Source: Chiloscyllium plagiosum
Lineage: Eukaryota
Length of the DNA stretch: 35,194 nucleotides
Direction: 5' to 3'
NCBI RefSeq assembly: GCF_004010195.1
Contig: NC_057754.1
Coordinates: forward strand, 7,173,564-7,208,757
Made by a program: the position numbers and the translations under genes. The notes below the pieces were generated by a model. That model was not told the origin of the DNA. It ran no database searches and was given only the letters and a program-made list of their open reading frames with translations. Positions 12,365 to 22,895 of the stretch are shown in pieces (within the stretch, counting starts at the first letter, position 1; each line of letters begins with the position of its first letter).

Positions 12365-12910
12365 AGAATCCGTCCAGTGTGGAAGCAGGTCACCTGGCCT
12401 ACCGAGTCTACACCGACCCAACCTCCTCTACCTAGCATTTCCCAGGGCTAACCCACCTGACTGACACACGCCTGGACATTATGAACAATTTAGCACAACC
12501 AATCCACCGAACCTGTACACCTTTGGACTGTGGGAGGAAACTGGAGCACACTGAAGGAACGGCCAATATGTTTCCAAGTCAGGATGATGTGCGGCTTGGA
12601 GGGGAAGTTGCTGGGCTGGTGTTCCCATGGATCTGTTGCCCTTGTCTCTTGCACTGGCCCTTGAAACTGCAGTTGGAGGACTCTTGGTTTTTGCCATATT
12701 GAGATCAGAGAATCCCTCCAGGGTGGAAGCAGGCCATTCAGCACATCGAGTCCACACTGACCCTCCGAAAAGCATGCCACCGAGATCCCCCCACCCTCTC
12801 GCTGTGACCCTGCATTTCCCATGGCTAATCCACCTGGCCTGTATATCCCTGGGCACTAAGGGACAATTTAGCATGGCCAAATCCACCCTAACCTGGATAC
12901 CTTTGGACAT
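12365..12910 (-). mobile_element. Two HE1-like SINE 3' fragments flanking a LINE fragment
   Basis: 12365-12550 and 12700-12910 resemble 8313-8540; 12565-12660 resembles the reverse complement of the LINE at 30680-31232. Confidence 0.6.
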
Positions 12911-13713
12911 TTAGTGAACCTGTTGGGGCTTTTATGACAATTGACAACGGGTCATCGTTAGGCTAACTTTACATTCCTGATCAGTCATGGTGGGATCCGA
13001 AGCCAGGTCTCCTGAGCCAGGAGTCTCTGGAACCAGGTTTACTGGTTCAAGGGCATTACCACTACGTCACCCTTGAGGGTGGGGGGGGAGAACATCCCCT
13101 GAGGCAGAGGGATCTGGAGAGTGGGGTGTGTGACCTTTTCTCTCTCAGCCGCTGCTCCGTCACATCACTAAGGCGCCTGCAAAGCTTTGATGCAGCTTGA
13201 CAGGACGGGGTTGTCTGAACGATAGCTTGTCCCAGTCAGTAGTATCAATGCTGCGCACTCCAAGGAAAACTTCATAGTGCCTTCAGCAGGTTTTTTTGGC
13301 CATCACTCTGCGGACGCTATGGTCAGTTTAACATTTCTCCTTTCAGTCCAGGTCCCGCGCACGCCACGAGCACTGCGCTCCGCAGACATGTACAGGCCCC
13401 TTCTGCTGACAGGTGGGACAGGGCCATGCGAGGAAGAGGCTGGCCTACTGGAGCTCATGGAGAGAACAGGCCAGCCCAGGAAAGCACCAGGACCACCATG
13501 AGGCCAGCGTGGCAGTGTCAGCAGTACCGCACCGCGAAGCCAGCTGACTCAAGCACCTGAAGCCTGGCACAACCGTTCAGGGCACTAACGCATCACGCCA
13601 TCCTAATGCAATTGCCCTGAACCCCCAATGGACCTCTCGTTTTGCCTGCTGGATGGAGAATTCCATAAGGACACACAACAGGGCTGTATTTCTCAAATGG
13701 TTCGGTTACTCAC

Positions 13714-13769
13714 ATATGGTCAGCTTTTCCAGCTTGGAGAATGTGTTACTCAAATCTTTACCGATCCGT
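13714..13769 (-). CDS. STX5: Syntaxin-5 coding exon 3 (56 nt)
   Basis: (K)RIGKDLSNTFSKLEKLTI(L); acceptor ttttgttgcag, donor T|gtgagt; phase 2 to 1. Confidence 0.97.
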
Positions 13770-14204
13770 CTGCAACAAAAAGAGACCGTGGTTATCACAT
13801 TCTTTCCACTCGACGCAAGGCCGTGAAATCTGCAGTTGTCATACTGAGCACTAATCTTCGCAAGTTGCTTTTTTGCACTTGGCCATGGGCTCACTCGCTA
13901 CCGGCCAAGGGCTCACTCGTTACCGGCCAAGGCAAGCACAGAAAGGGTCTCCATTAACGTTAAATGTTTCTCAGCAAGGCGGTGCTCGCTAATGATGGGA
14001 AATCATAGGATACAGTTCCGAATCTGAGGAAAGCTTCCTTTAGACTTTTAAACTGAAAATCACTGTGTCTATCAAACACTCCAGGATAGGGATGGCACAG
14101 GGTTGGAGAGAGAGTGTCGCTCCCTCTATGCTTTTAGACTAAAAGAGTAAAGGGAGCTTCACTTTCAAACTGAAAGTGAACAGAAAGTAGAGCCTTCTCA
14201 ACAC

Positions 14205-14382
14205 TGTCAGACAGGGACAGCACGGGGTTAGATACAGAGTAAAGCTCCCTCTACACTGTCCCCCCATCAAATACCCCCAGGACAGGGACAGCACGGGGTT
14301 AGATACAGAGTAAAGCTCCCTCTACACTGTCCCCATCAAACACTCCCCAGGACAGGGACAGCACGGGGTTAGATACAGAGTA
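14205..14382. repeat. Tandem repeat, ~70-bp unit, about 2.5 copies with degenerate copies upstream
   Basis: gacagggacagcacggggttagatacagagtaaagctccctctacactgtccccatcaaa recurs at ~14210, ~14281 and ~14351. Confidence 0.9.
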
Positions 14383-14879
14383 CAGCCAATATAGCCCAAA
14401 GGGGGCACACATGCTCCTGACTTGGCCGAATCCTCTTTCGCAGCATGCTAGAGACCTGTCTCATGTGGTGGCTCTGCCACAGTCATCACAGGTGTCCCTC
14501 ACATCAGTCAACAGCAAGCCAGTAAACAGGGAGCATGTGTTGCTCAAACCCCACCAATGTCCCAGGCCCCCAGAACAAAGCTGACCGCCTTTTCTGAATC
14601 GCAACACCGTCAATGGACAGGCAAGACACGGAGCACCACGAGCCATTGCCAAGGTAACCAGAACCTTTATCAGCTCATGGTTGAAATGGAGGCAATTCAG
14701 CAAAGGTGCTCTTCACATCCTCGCCAGCCCTACAACAATCCAGACAGATAAGAAAATCTCCGCTCTAATTGCCAATCAGTGCTGTGCTGGCTGATCTCAG
14801 CCACCAACGCACGCAGCTTGGAACGGAGGGATTTAGCCATGGTTCTTGTTCTCCACTGCACCAAAGCAGACCTCCCTGT

Positions 14880-15410
14880 GAAGCACTTCCTCAGGGGGCT
14901 ATGGAAATTTGGCAGATCTGTAAAAACTCCTAGATGCACCTTAGAAAGCATTCTATCTGGAAGCATCACGGGTTGGTACGGCGACTGCTCTGTCCAGGGC
15001 TGTAAGAAACTACAGAGAGTTGCAACCGCAGCCCAGTGCATCACGCAAATCAACCTTCCATCCACTGACTCCATCTATATTTTTGTACTGCTTCGGGAAG
15101 GCAGCCAACATCACCGAAGAATCCCCCCACCCCGGGGCTCATAACCTCTCCTGTCACGCAGGAGATACAAAAGCTTCAACACACGTACCAACAGGTTCAA
15201 GAACAGCTTCCTCCCTGCCGTTATTAGACTTCCGAACGGACCTCTTTAGTTTTAATTCATCTTGGTGCACCTCCTCTGTAGCCGTACCTTTACAATCCTC
15301 ACTCTGTTCTATAATCCTAATGCACTTTGTATGGTATGAGCCGTCCGCGCTGCATGCAAAAACAGCAGCTTTTCACTGTACCCAGGTCCGCGTGACAAGA
15401 ATAAATCGTC
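14880..15410 (+). mobile_element. Rex1/Babar-like LINE 3' fragment
   Basis: ESILSGSITGWYGDCSVQGCKKLQRV...LPSTDSIY and, after frameshifts, RRYKSFNTRTNRFKNSFLPAVIRL, typical of the Rex1/Babar ORF end; AATAAA near the 3' end. A related 3' end lies on the minus strand at ~23410-23600. Confidence 0.75.
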
Positions 15411-15472
15411 AAGCCAAGTGGAAGTGGCGCAGGCCACCCACGTGCCTGGTTTGTTCGCCAGTGTGCACTCAC

Positions 15473-15543
15473 TTTGCCATGGTGGTGAACTCACTCCGCT
15501 GGCGCACAGCATTCAGGAGAGGTTTGTTAACCTGCAGCCCATT
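15473..15543 (-). CDS. STX5: Syntaxin-5 coding exon 2 (71 nt)
   Basis: NGLQVNKPLLNAVRQRSEFTTMA(K); acceptor ctttgtctttgcag, donor AA|gtgagt; phase 0 to 2. Confidence 0.97.
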
Positions 15544-15961
15544 CTGCAAAGACAAAGATCAGACACGGGTGAAGCAAATGGCGTGCATAAAGATTAAGGT
15601 GTGCACTCGTACGGCACCTTTGACAACCCCAGACAGGCTTAAGTCCCTCCAGAGCCGACAAAACGCTTTATTTTCCCCCCCCCCCTCTCCATATAGTACG
15701 TCAGTGATGGAATGTGGACAGTATGGCAGCTCAGTTGTGCACAGAAAGATCCCATAAACAACAAGTTAATAATGCAACCGTCTGTTTTATTGATGGGAGA
15801 GGAAGACCACGCGGGGAGGACAGAAACAGCTTGACGGGAGAGGAAGTGAGCACATGCATGGGATAAAACATTTGCTACTAAGATAAGCACAGAGCAGCCC
15901 CAACGGCTGCAGAGATTCTCTGTCACTCCATCTGTTTCCACAGGGGGCTATGTACACTCAC

Positions 15962-16168
15962 CTGCCTGCTCTGCATGGACTTGCAAGCAGCAACAAACTC
16001 CTGCGTGCGGTCGCGGCACGACATGATCTCTTCCTGAAACGGGGGCACTGGGCCAGAAGCAACCGGGACCGAAGGGAGGGATTTGGAAGTGAGGACTTGC
16101 GTCTGTGTTGGCCCGAGGTAGACTCCCTGCTCAGTACTGGAGGGACCGTGGCGTCGTCGCGTATTCAT
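15962..16168 (-). CDS. STX5: Syntaxin-5, first coding exon (long-isoform ATG at 16168; short-isoform ATG at 16024)
   Basis: Translates MNTRRRHGPSSTEQGVYLGPTQTQVL...MSCRDRTQEFVAACKSMQSRQ, matching the vertebrate STX5 N-terminus (arginine ER-retrieval motif, QGVYLG, Sly1-binding RDRTQEF). Acceptor tttgtttccag before 16187; donor CAG|gtgagt at 15962/15961. Confidence 0.97.
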
Positions 16169-16178
16169 TGAGACTCAT
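16131..16178 (-). promoter_or_regulatory. Out-of-frame uORF (MSLNEYATTPRSLQY*) overlapping the STX5 long-isoform start
   Basis: ATG at 16178 lies inside the exon (acceptor 16187, or 16183 for the tandem AG), 10 nt upstream of the main ATG; TGA at 16131-16133. The ORF is read directly; its function is inferred. Confidence 0.6.
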
Positions 16179-16623
16179 AACCCCTGCCTGGAAACAAACC
16201 AGAGTCAGAGTGTACAACAATAACCTGCATTTATACAGCGCCTCTAAGATGGTGAGACCATCCACCCCCAGCACTTCGTAGAGTGGTATAACAGGAGACC
16301 AAAGGCTCAGTTAAAGAGGTTTAAGCTTTCAGGACCTTTTTAAAGGAAGCAGGGAGGTAGTTCTAAAGCTTCAGAAGCTGGGCACCAATGGAAATCACGG
16401 ATGGTCAAGGTGGCAGAATGGAAGACATTTCAAAGCACAGTAGCGCTGAAGAAGCTTAGTGTTCATGAGGGACAAATCTATGGCAGTATTGAAAACCAAG
16501 GCTGAGAATGTTTAAATTCAAACATTGTTGGACATGGGAGCCACTTATGGGTCAGGACCAGGCCATGTCTTCCAATACTAATACTCTTAGATGTCAGCTC
16601 TTCAGCAAACAATGACACTGATT

Positions 16624-16661
16624 GATAGATAGAGAGAAAGAGAGAGAGCGAGAGAGAGAGA
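16624..16661. repeat. (GA)n-type microsatellite
   Basis: gatagatagagagaaagagagagagcgagagagagaga. Confidence 0.9.
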
Positions 16662-16912
16662 CATCATTACGACAGCTACACATCTACAGCTCAGACCAGC
16701 ATTTACACATGAACTCGGTGAGCTTGCAGCACTTAACCCTCAGCAATACTGGAGGAAATGCAGGGCTGGCTTATCTCCCCGAATACACGGCAAGGAATCA
16801 CTCCCCACCACCCCCAATTAACAGAAATATTTTAACTCGCGCGTTATCAGTTGTTAAGGACCTCAAAGTTAAGTTCAGGTGAACAAAAAACTATTCAGCC
16901 CAAATAAGAAAA

Positions 16913-17576
16913 TGCAGTCGCAGGTAGATAGGATAGTGAAGGCAGCGTTTGGTATGCTTTCCTTTATTGGTCAGTGTATTGAGTACAGGAGTTGGGAGGT
17001 CATGTTGCAGCTGTACAGGACATTGGTTAGGCCACTGTTGGAATATTGCGTGCAATTCTGGTCTCCCTTGTATTGGAAAGATATTGTGAAACTTGAAAGG
17101 GTTCAGAAAAGATTTACAAGGATGTTGCCAGGGTTGGAGGGTTTGAGCTATAGGGAGAGGCTGAACAGGCTGGGACTGTTTTCCCTGGAGCGTCGGAGGC
17201 TGAGACCTTATAGAGGTTTATAAAATCATGAGGGGCATGGATAGGGTAAATAGGCAAGGTCTTTTCCCTGGGGTGGGGGAGGTCCAGAACCAGAGGGCAT
17301 AGGCTTAGGTGAAAGGGGAAAGATATAAAAGAGACCTAAGGGGCAACTTTGTGACACAGAGGGTGGTGTGTGTATGGAATGAGCTACCAGAGGATGTGGT
17401 GGAGGCTGGTTCAATTGCAACATTTAAGAGGCATTTGGATGGGTATATGAATAGGAAGGGTTTGGAGGGATATGGGCCGGTTGCTGGCAGGTGGGACTAG
17501 ATTGGTTTGGGATATCTGGTCGGCATGGACCAAAGGGTCTGTTTCCGTGCTGTATGCCTCGATGACTCTATGACTA
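16913..17576 (+). mobile_element. CR1-type LINE, 5'-truncated, relatively intact
   Basis: SQVDRIVKAAFGMLSFIGQCIEYRSWEVMLQLYRTLVRPLLEYCVQFWSP...LGLFSLERRRLR; tail gatgactctatgact. Confidence 0.92.
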
Positions 17577-18693
17577 TATATTTTCTCATCGACCTGTTCA
17601 GAGATGTTATTACACACTTCTGGAATAGGTGGGACTCGAAGTTGAGACTCCTGACTCAGAGGTAGGGACGTTACCCCACTGCATCATAAGAGCCCTCAAG
17701 CTCTCGCTTCTATACTGGTTTGATTGCTGGAAGCTCTAAACCCATATACATGCAATTGCAGTCTGTATCGTCCAATCTTACGTGAGCAGGGAGTCGTTGA
17801 GGTCCTGCTGGGGCTGGTTCTTACAAAGCTATCCAGTTATTCCCCACTCATTCTCTATGTTCCACAGAGGCTGACCATCCTAGCACCGATTCCTACCAAA
17901 TCTGTCTCCACTTCCCTTTAAGGCAGACCACACCTCTGTGTGCAAAATAGAAATTCTCATCTTCCCCCCCAGTTCTAGTCCCCTGTACTTCAGGAAGGTG
18001 GTGAGCACCCTCAACAGGGTGCAGAGGCAGATGGATCATAATGGCCCCAGGTTGGAGGGGTTTTAGTCAGAAGGTTGGGTTGGAGAAGCTGAGGTTGTTC
18101 TCATTGGGAAAAAGGGGTTGGACGGGGAGATTTGCTCAAGGGGGCTTCCATGGTGATAGGTTTGGAGAAGGTCAGGAAAGAGATGCTGGTCCCATTGGCT
18201 GATGGTACAGTGAGATTGAAGGCTTCAATTAGCTTGGAGGGCAGGGGGTGAAACTGCAAGGAAGAACATCTAATCATCACGGCGATGATAGGGACCTGGA
18301 ACCCGCTGCGGGCGAGGGTGGTGGAAGCAGAGACAATGAATGACTTCAAAAGGGAACTGGATGGTGCTGGAACTAAATTGCTCTGAGGGACTATGGGGAT
18401 AGAGCAGGGGAATAGGACTTGCTGGATATAAAGGGAGACTTGTGCCTTGTAATGAGGTTAGGGTTAGGTTAGATTCTGGGCTCACCCACCACCTGACGAC
18501 CTCCTTGGGGAAGTCGGTGGATAGGAGCCAGGCTGGGTGTGGTGACACCCACCATAGCCAAAGAGTTCTACCTTCACGCTACCGCGAGTTCAGTGAACTC
18601 AAATGAACTTCAGTTCGGAAGGGGAATGGTACTGAACCTGACACCTTGGCTCTGTTCCTCTCTCCACAGATGCTGAGTTTCTCCAGCATTCTC

Positions 18694-19245
18694 TGTGGCA
18701 TCTGATTGAGAATGTGTGTAGGGTATGAGCGGGTGGGGGAAAGAGTTTTGTGAAACAAGAGGCTTAGCTGAGCATGACTCAGATCGGGCAAGAACTTACA
18801 GTTAACAGTAAGTTAACAGCTGGAGGGAAGGGTCATGGGTTAACACGGTGGAAAAGCAGTCATTATGTAGAGCCATTTAACAAGATGAGGTAGCGTTCAG
18901 TATGCTATGTCAGTTAACAAGATGAAAAGTATTCATTATGTGAAGTCAGTTATTCATTGTGTAACAGCAGATGGCTTAATCTCTACCATTGACACTCGCT
19001 AATTGTAATGGTCACCCAATCAACATGTATGTTGCCTTATCTGGATGTTCCTCCCTGTAAAATGATTATATAATTCATTGAGAAACTGCTGTTTGAGAGA
19101 AGGCTGTGAACTCATGTCCCTGTGTACATGGGCAATCGTTTTCTCCCCCGACAGGGCCCGGAATAAAGGTGAAGGAGGTAAAACTATAACTGTGTCTCTG
19201 AGCATTTTGCTTCGACTGAGGGGGAAACGGGACGACACGATCACA
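18694..19245 (+). mobile_element. Probable solo LTR
   Basis: Repeated (G)TTAACA blocks, CCAAT 19016-19020, TATATAA 19067-19073, AATAAA 19162-19167, TGTG...CACA ends; no TSD confirmed. Confidence 0.5.
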
Positions 19246-19363
19246 CTAAGGACAGAACCCCCACCTTGGTCCTCACCTTCCACCCCACCAACCTCCAGCA
19301 AAAAGAAAAGTCCTCACTTTCTCCTGTAGCCCTGGAGTCTATGACAAAGCAAGTAATACCAAA

Positions 19364-19567
19364 GGAGAAAGTGAGGACTGCAGATGCTGGAGATCAGAGC
19401 TGAAAATGTGTTGCTGGAAAAGCGCAGCAGGTCAGGCAGCATCCAGGGAGCAGGAGAATCGACGTTTCGGGCCTTCCTGAAGAAGGGCTTATGCCCGAAA
19501 CGTCGATTCTCCTGTTCCCTGGATGCTGCCTGACCTGCTGCGCTTTTCCAGCAATACATTTTCAGCT
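19364..19567. mobile_element. Fold-back Penelope-derived mini-element with ~76-bp arms, 14-bp TSD and intact minimal hammerhead core
   Basis: 19397-19472 is the near-perfect reverse complement of 19493-19568; caagtaataccaaa at 19350-19363 and 19568-19581; CTGAAGA-A-GGGC-ttat-GCCC-GAAAC-GTC at 19477-19504. Confidence 0.85.
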
Positions 19568-20424
19568 CAAGTAATACCAAAACACTGCTTAGATTTTGAG
19601 AGTTTCTGACTCAACCACTTTCAGATAGTGAGTTCCAGACCCTAACCAATTTCTTTGTCATCCATCACTACTTACCTCAAATGGACATACCCTGGCTATA
19701 ACTCGTTTAATAATGGAAACAGTGCCTTTCTAACTAATCTCCTCATAATCTCACACACCTCTGTCAGGTCCCCTTTCGACGTTCACTGCTCTAAGGAAAA
19801 AGAACTCCAGCTTTTCCAATCGTTCCTCACATCTCAGATTATTCCCCACCACCCATCAGATTGCATCATGTCCTGGTTTCACTTTCTTTTACCAGTCTGA
19901 GCATTCTGTCATGGAAATCCCCATTCCAGCAAAGTCTGTGACGACAGAGTGAGCTCCACCCGCCCCCACTACTGCCTGAACTCCTGACTCACCCTGGCAT
20001 GCCTCTGTTATTTAAATCAGAATGAGGTTTAAGGCAGGAGCAGGGTCACTGTACGTGGAATCAGGAGATCGGTTGGACAATGGCCAGTGAGCAGGTGGAC
20101 GAGGCAGACAACAGGCTGTGAAGCAAGCATTCCTTGGCGGGTGGAGGGTGAGAAATGAAGGAGCGGGGCTGGGGTCGCACCACAGATTCAAGGGGGAAGC
20201 ATGTTTTTTACATTTGCAGAAGGAATCATATTAATACGGTTTACAGCGAGAGAGAATACAACATGGCGCAATAATGGGCACGACTCAAACAGCATTCTCG
20301 ACTGGGTTATGGGCAATGCTGACAAGGGTAGTATTTGCTGCCCATCCCTACATACCTCTGAACCGAGTGGCTTGCTCAGGCCGTTTCAGAGGAATGTAAC
20401 GTCGTGGGTCTGGAGTCACATCTA

Positions 20425-21192
20425 CACTGAACAGTACAGCACAGGAACCGGCCCTTTGGTCCATAATATCCTGCTAACCACGATGCCAAATTAAACTAAT
20501 CCCCTCTGCCTGCCCTTGGGTCCATATCCCTCCGTCCTTGCATATTCACATGCTTATCTAAAAAGTTCCTTAAACACCCCTATTGTACCTTCCTCCACCA
20601 TCACCACCCCGGCAGCACATTCTAGACACCTCCCACTCTTTAAAAAAAACTTGCCCCTCACATCTCCTTTGAACCTTTCCCCTCTCACTTGAAATGCACG
20701 TTCCCTAGAATTAGGTATTCCAGCCCTATCGACACAACTCAATTTTAGAGATTTCTATCAAGTCCAGAGAAAACAACTCCAGAGAAAACAACCTGAGTTT
20801 TTCCAGCCTCTTTTTCCAGCTCATATCCTCGAATCCAAGCAGCATCCTGGGAAACCTCTCCAGAGCCTCCACATCCTTCCTGTAATGTGGCGACCAGAAG
20901 TGAACGCAATACTCTAAGTGTGGCCGAACCAAAGTTTCATAAAGCTGCAACATGACATTCTGATTCAATTCCCCAACAATAAAGACAAGCATGCCAAATA
21001 CCTTCTTTACCACCTTACCTACTTGCACGGGCACTTTCAGGGAGCTATGGACTTGGACCCCAAGATCCCTCTGCACGTCAATGATGTTCAGGGACCTGTC
21101 ATTACCTCTATACTTTCCCTTGACAGTTGATCTCCCAAACTGCAGCACCTCACACGTGCCTGGATTAAACTCCATGTGCCATTTCTCTGCCC
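20425..21192 (-). mobile_element. CR1-type LINE, 5'-truncated
   Basis: WAEKWHMEFNPGTCEVLQFGR...QRDLGVQVHSSLK...LYETLVRPHLEYCVHFWSPHYRKD. Confidence 0.9.
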
Positions 21193-21279
21193 AAGGCCAG
21201 ACCGAGTAAAAAGAACATCGGGCTGAGCAGCCTGGCGCCACTCTCACCACCTCTGCTCACTCTCTCTGGGTAACAACTT

Positions 21280-21770
21280 CACGCAAAATACTGGAAATAC
21301 TCAGCAGGTTAGGCAGCAGCTACAGCTCTCTGGCTAACTTACATTCTTGCAACAGCAACAGAAAATACTGATAATATTCAGATCAGGCAGCAGCTGCAGG
21401 GAGAGAAACAGAGTTAAGATTACATCTCGATAACCTCTCATCTGTAACGGGGAAAGTTAAAGATGTAAGAGAAGGTTAGAGAGAAACAGCAAGGCCAGAG
21501 ATACAGGTGAGAGACAGGACAGATTGAATAGTTCATCTTACAAAGCCAATGGGAATGGTGATGGTGCAAGAAAATACACTTGAGGGAGAGAGGTTTGCAG
21601 AGACTATGGTCTGAAATTGTTGAACTCAAGTGGAGTCTGAAAGATTATAAAATGTCTAACTGGAAGATGAGGTGCTGTTCCTCAACCTTACATGGAGCCT
21701 CACTGGAACAGTGCAGCAGGTAGAGGACAGAGATGTCTGTGACAGCATCCAGATGAAGCATTCGGACAGC
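21280..21770 (-). mobile_element. Degenerate Penelope-like element 3' region
   Basis: aactggaagatgaggtgctgttcctcaac resembles 268-292 and 22795-22822; terminal ctggaaatactcagcaggt.aggcagca motif. Confidence 0.5.
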
Positions 21771-22429
21771 AAGCCACTAGCTGGGGCCTGAACGCGAGCA
21801 GAATTCTGCAAAGTGGAACTGAAATTGAATTGAATTGAAACACAGATAAATGAGGGTCGAGAGAGAGGAGAGATGATTGGGATTAAGCCCCAATGTGGTG
21901 TAGTCAAATTGAATTGTAGTAACTGTAACGACTCATCAGACTGTGAGTTCCCTGGCTGGACCACATTAACAGCCCCGATCAGTGAGCCCTGGCTGACAGA
22001 TAAAAAGAGGACAGGGAGCCGGAAGGGGCAAAGGGGCGAGCTACCCGAGAGTGGCCGGAAGGTGGGAGGGACAGGTGGGTTGCTAGGGGTCTGTATTGAA
22101 TGCACTGGTTTTTTTTATGTAATTGGACTGTCTTACACGTACAAATGTTACTCTTTTGTAATGATAGAAACTGGGATTTGAGGTTCCTCATTTCCCTGAA
22201 AACAGGTTGAACGGTAGAGTTTGGGTTTGGCTTTGCCGTTCCTCTCCCTTGGAACATTGCTGTTTCTCTGTATACAGCTGTTAATGTTAACTGTTATTAG
22301 TAAACTGTGTATTGTTTAATAATAAAAAGAGAGGACTGGGGCCCTCTTGTGGTGTAGAGGTAGAGTCCCTACCCCTGAACTAAGAGGCCTGACTTCAAAT
22401 TCCACCTGCTCCACAGGTGTGGAATAACA

Positions 22430-22895
22430 GAGTCAAAAAGTGTGGCGCTGGAAAAGCACAGCACATCAGGCAGCATCTGAGGAGCAGCAGCGTCAATGCT
22501 TTGGGCATAAGCTCTTTGTCAGGCATGTGGGATGGGGTGGGGTCCAAGAGGGCTTGGAGATAAATGGAAGGGTGGTTGGTGCTTGGAGAGGGAAGGTAGC
22601 TTGGAAGGTGATAGGTAGATGAAGGTGAGGGGTGGTGGGGTGATAGGTCGGAGAGGAGGGTGGAGCGGATAGGTTGGAAGGAAGATGGACAGGTAGGACA
22701 GTTCAAGAAGGCAGTGCCGAGTTGGAGGGTTGGGTCTGGGAATAAGAAAACTGCTGAAACCCACATTGATGCTGTGTGGTTGGACGGTCCCAAGGTGGGA
22801 AGATGAGGCATTCTTCCTCCAGGCGTCGGCTGGATTGGATTTGGCGGTGGAGTCGGCCCAGGATTTGCGTGTCCTTGGCAGAGTGGGAGGGGGTT
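22430..22895 (-). mobile_element. Penelope-like element 3' fragment nested in a short tRNA-derived SINE
   Basis: Clear similarity to 45-450 and to the terminal sequence at 19397-19470; SINE sequence 22340-22429 resumes at ~22908 (tctgaacaggttgat). Confidence 0.75.

Noticed and set aside
13150..13500. Possible degenerate RTE-like LINE fragment (SIDTTDWDKL on the minus strand)
   Set aside because: The similarity is too short and degraded to support.
15020..15757. Longest ORF (245 aa, plus strand)
   Set aside because: Runs out of frame through a Rex1-like LINE remnant and antisense across an STX5 exon; no recognisable domain.
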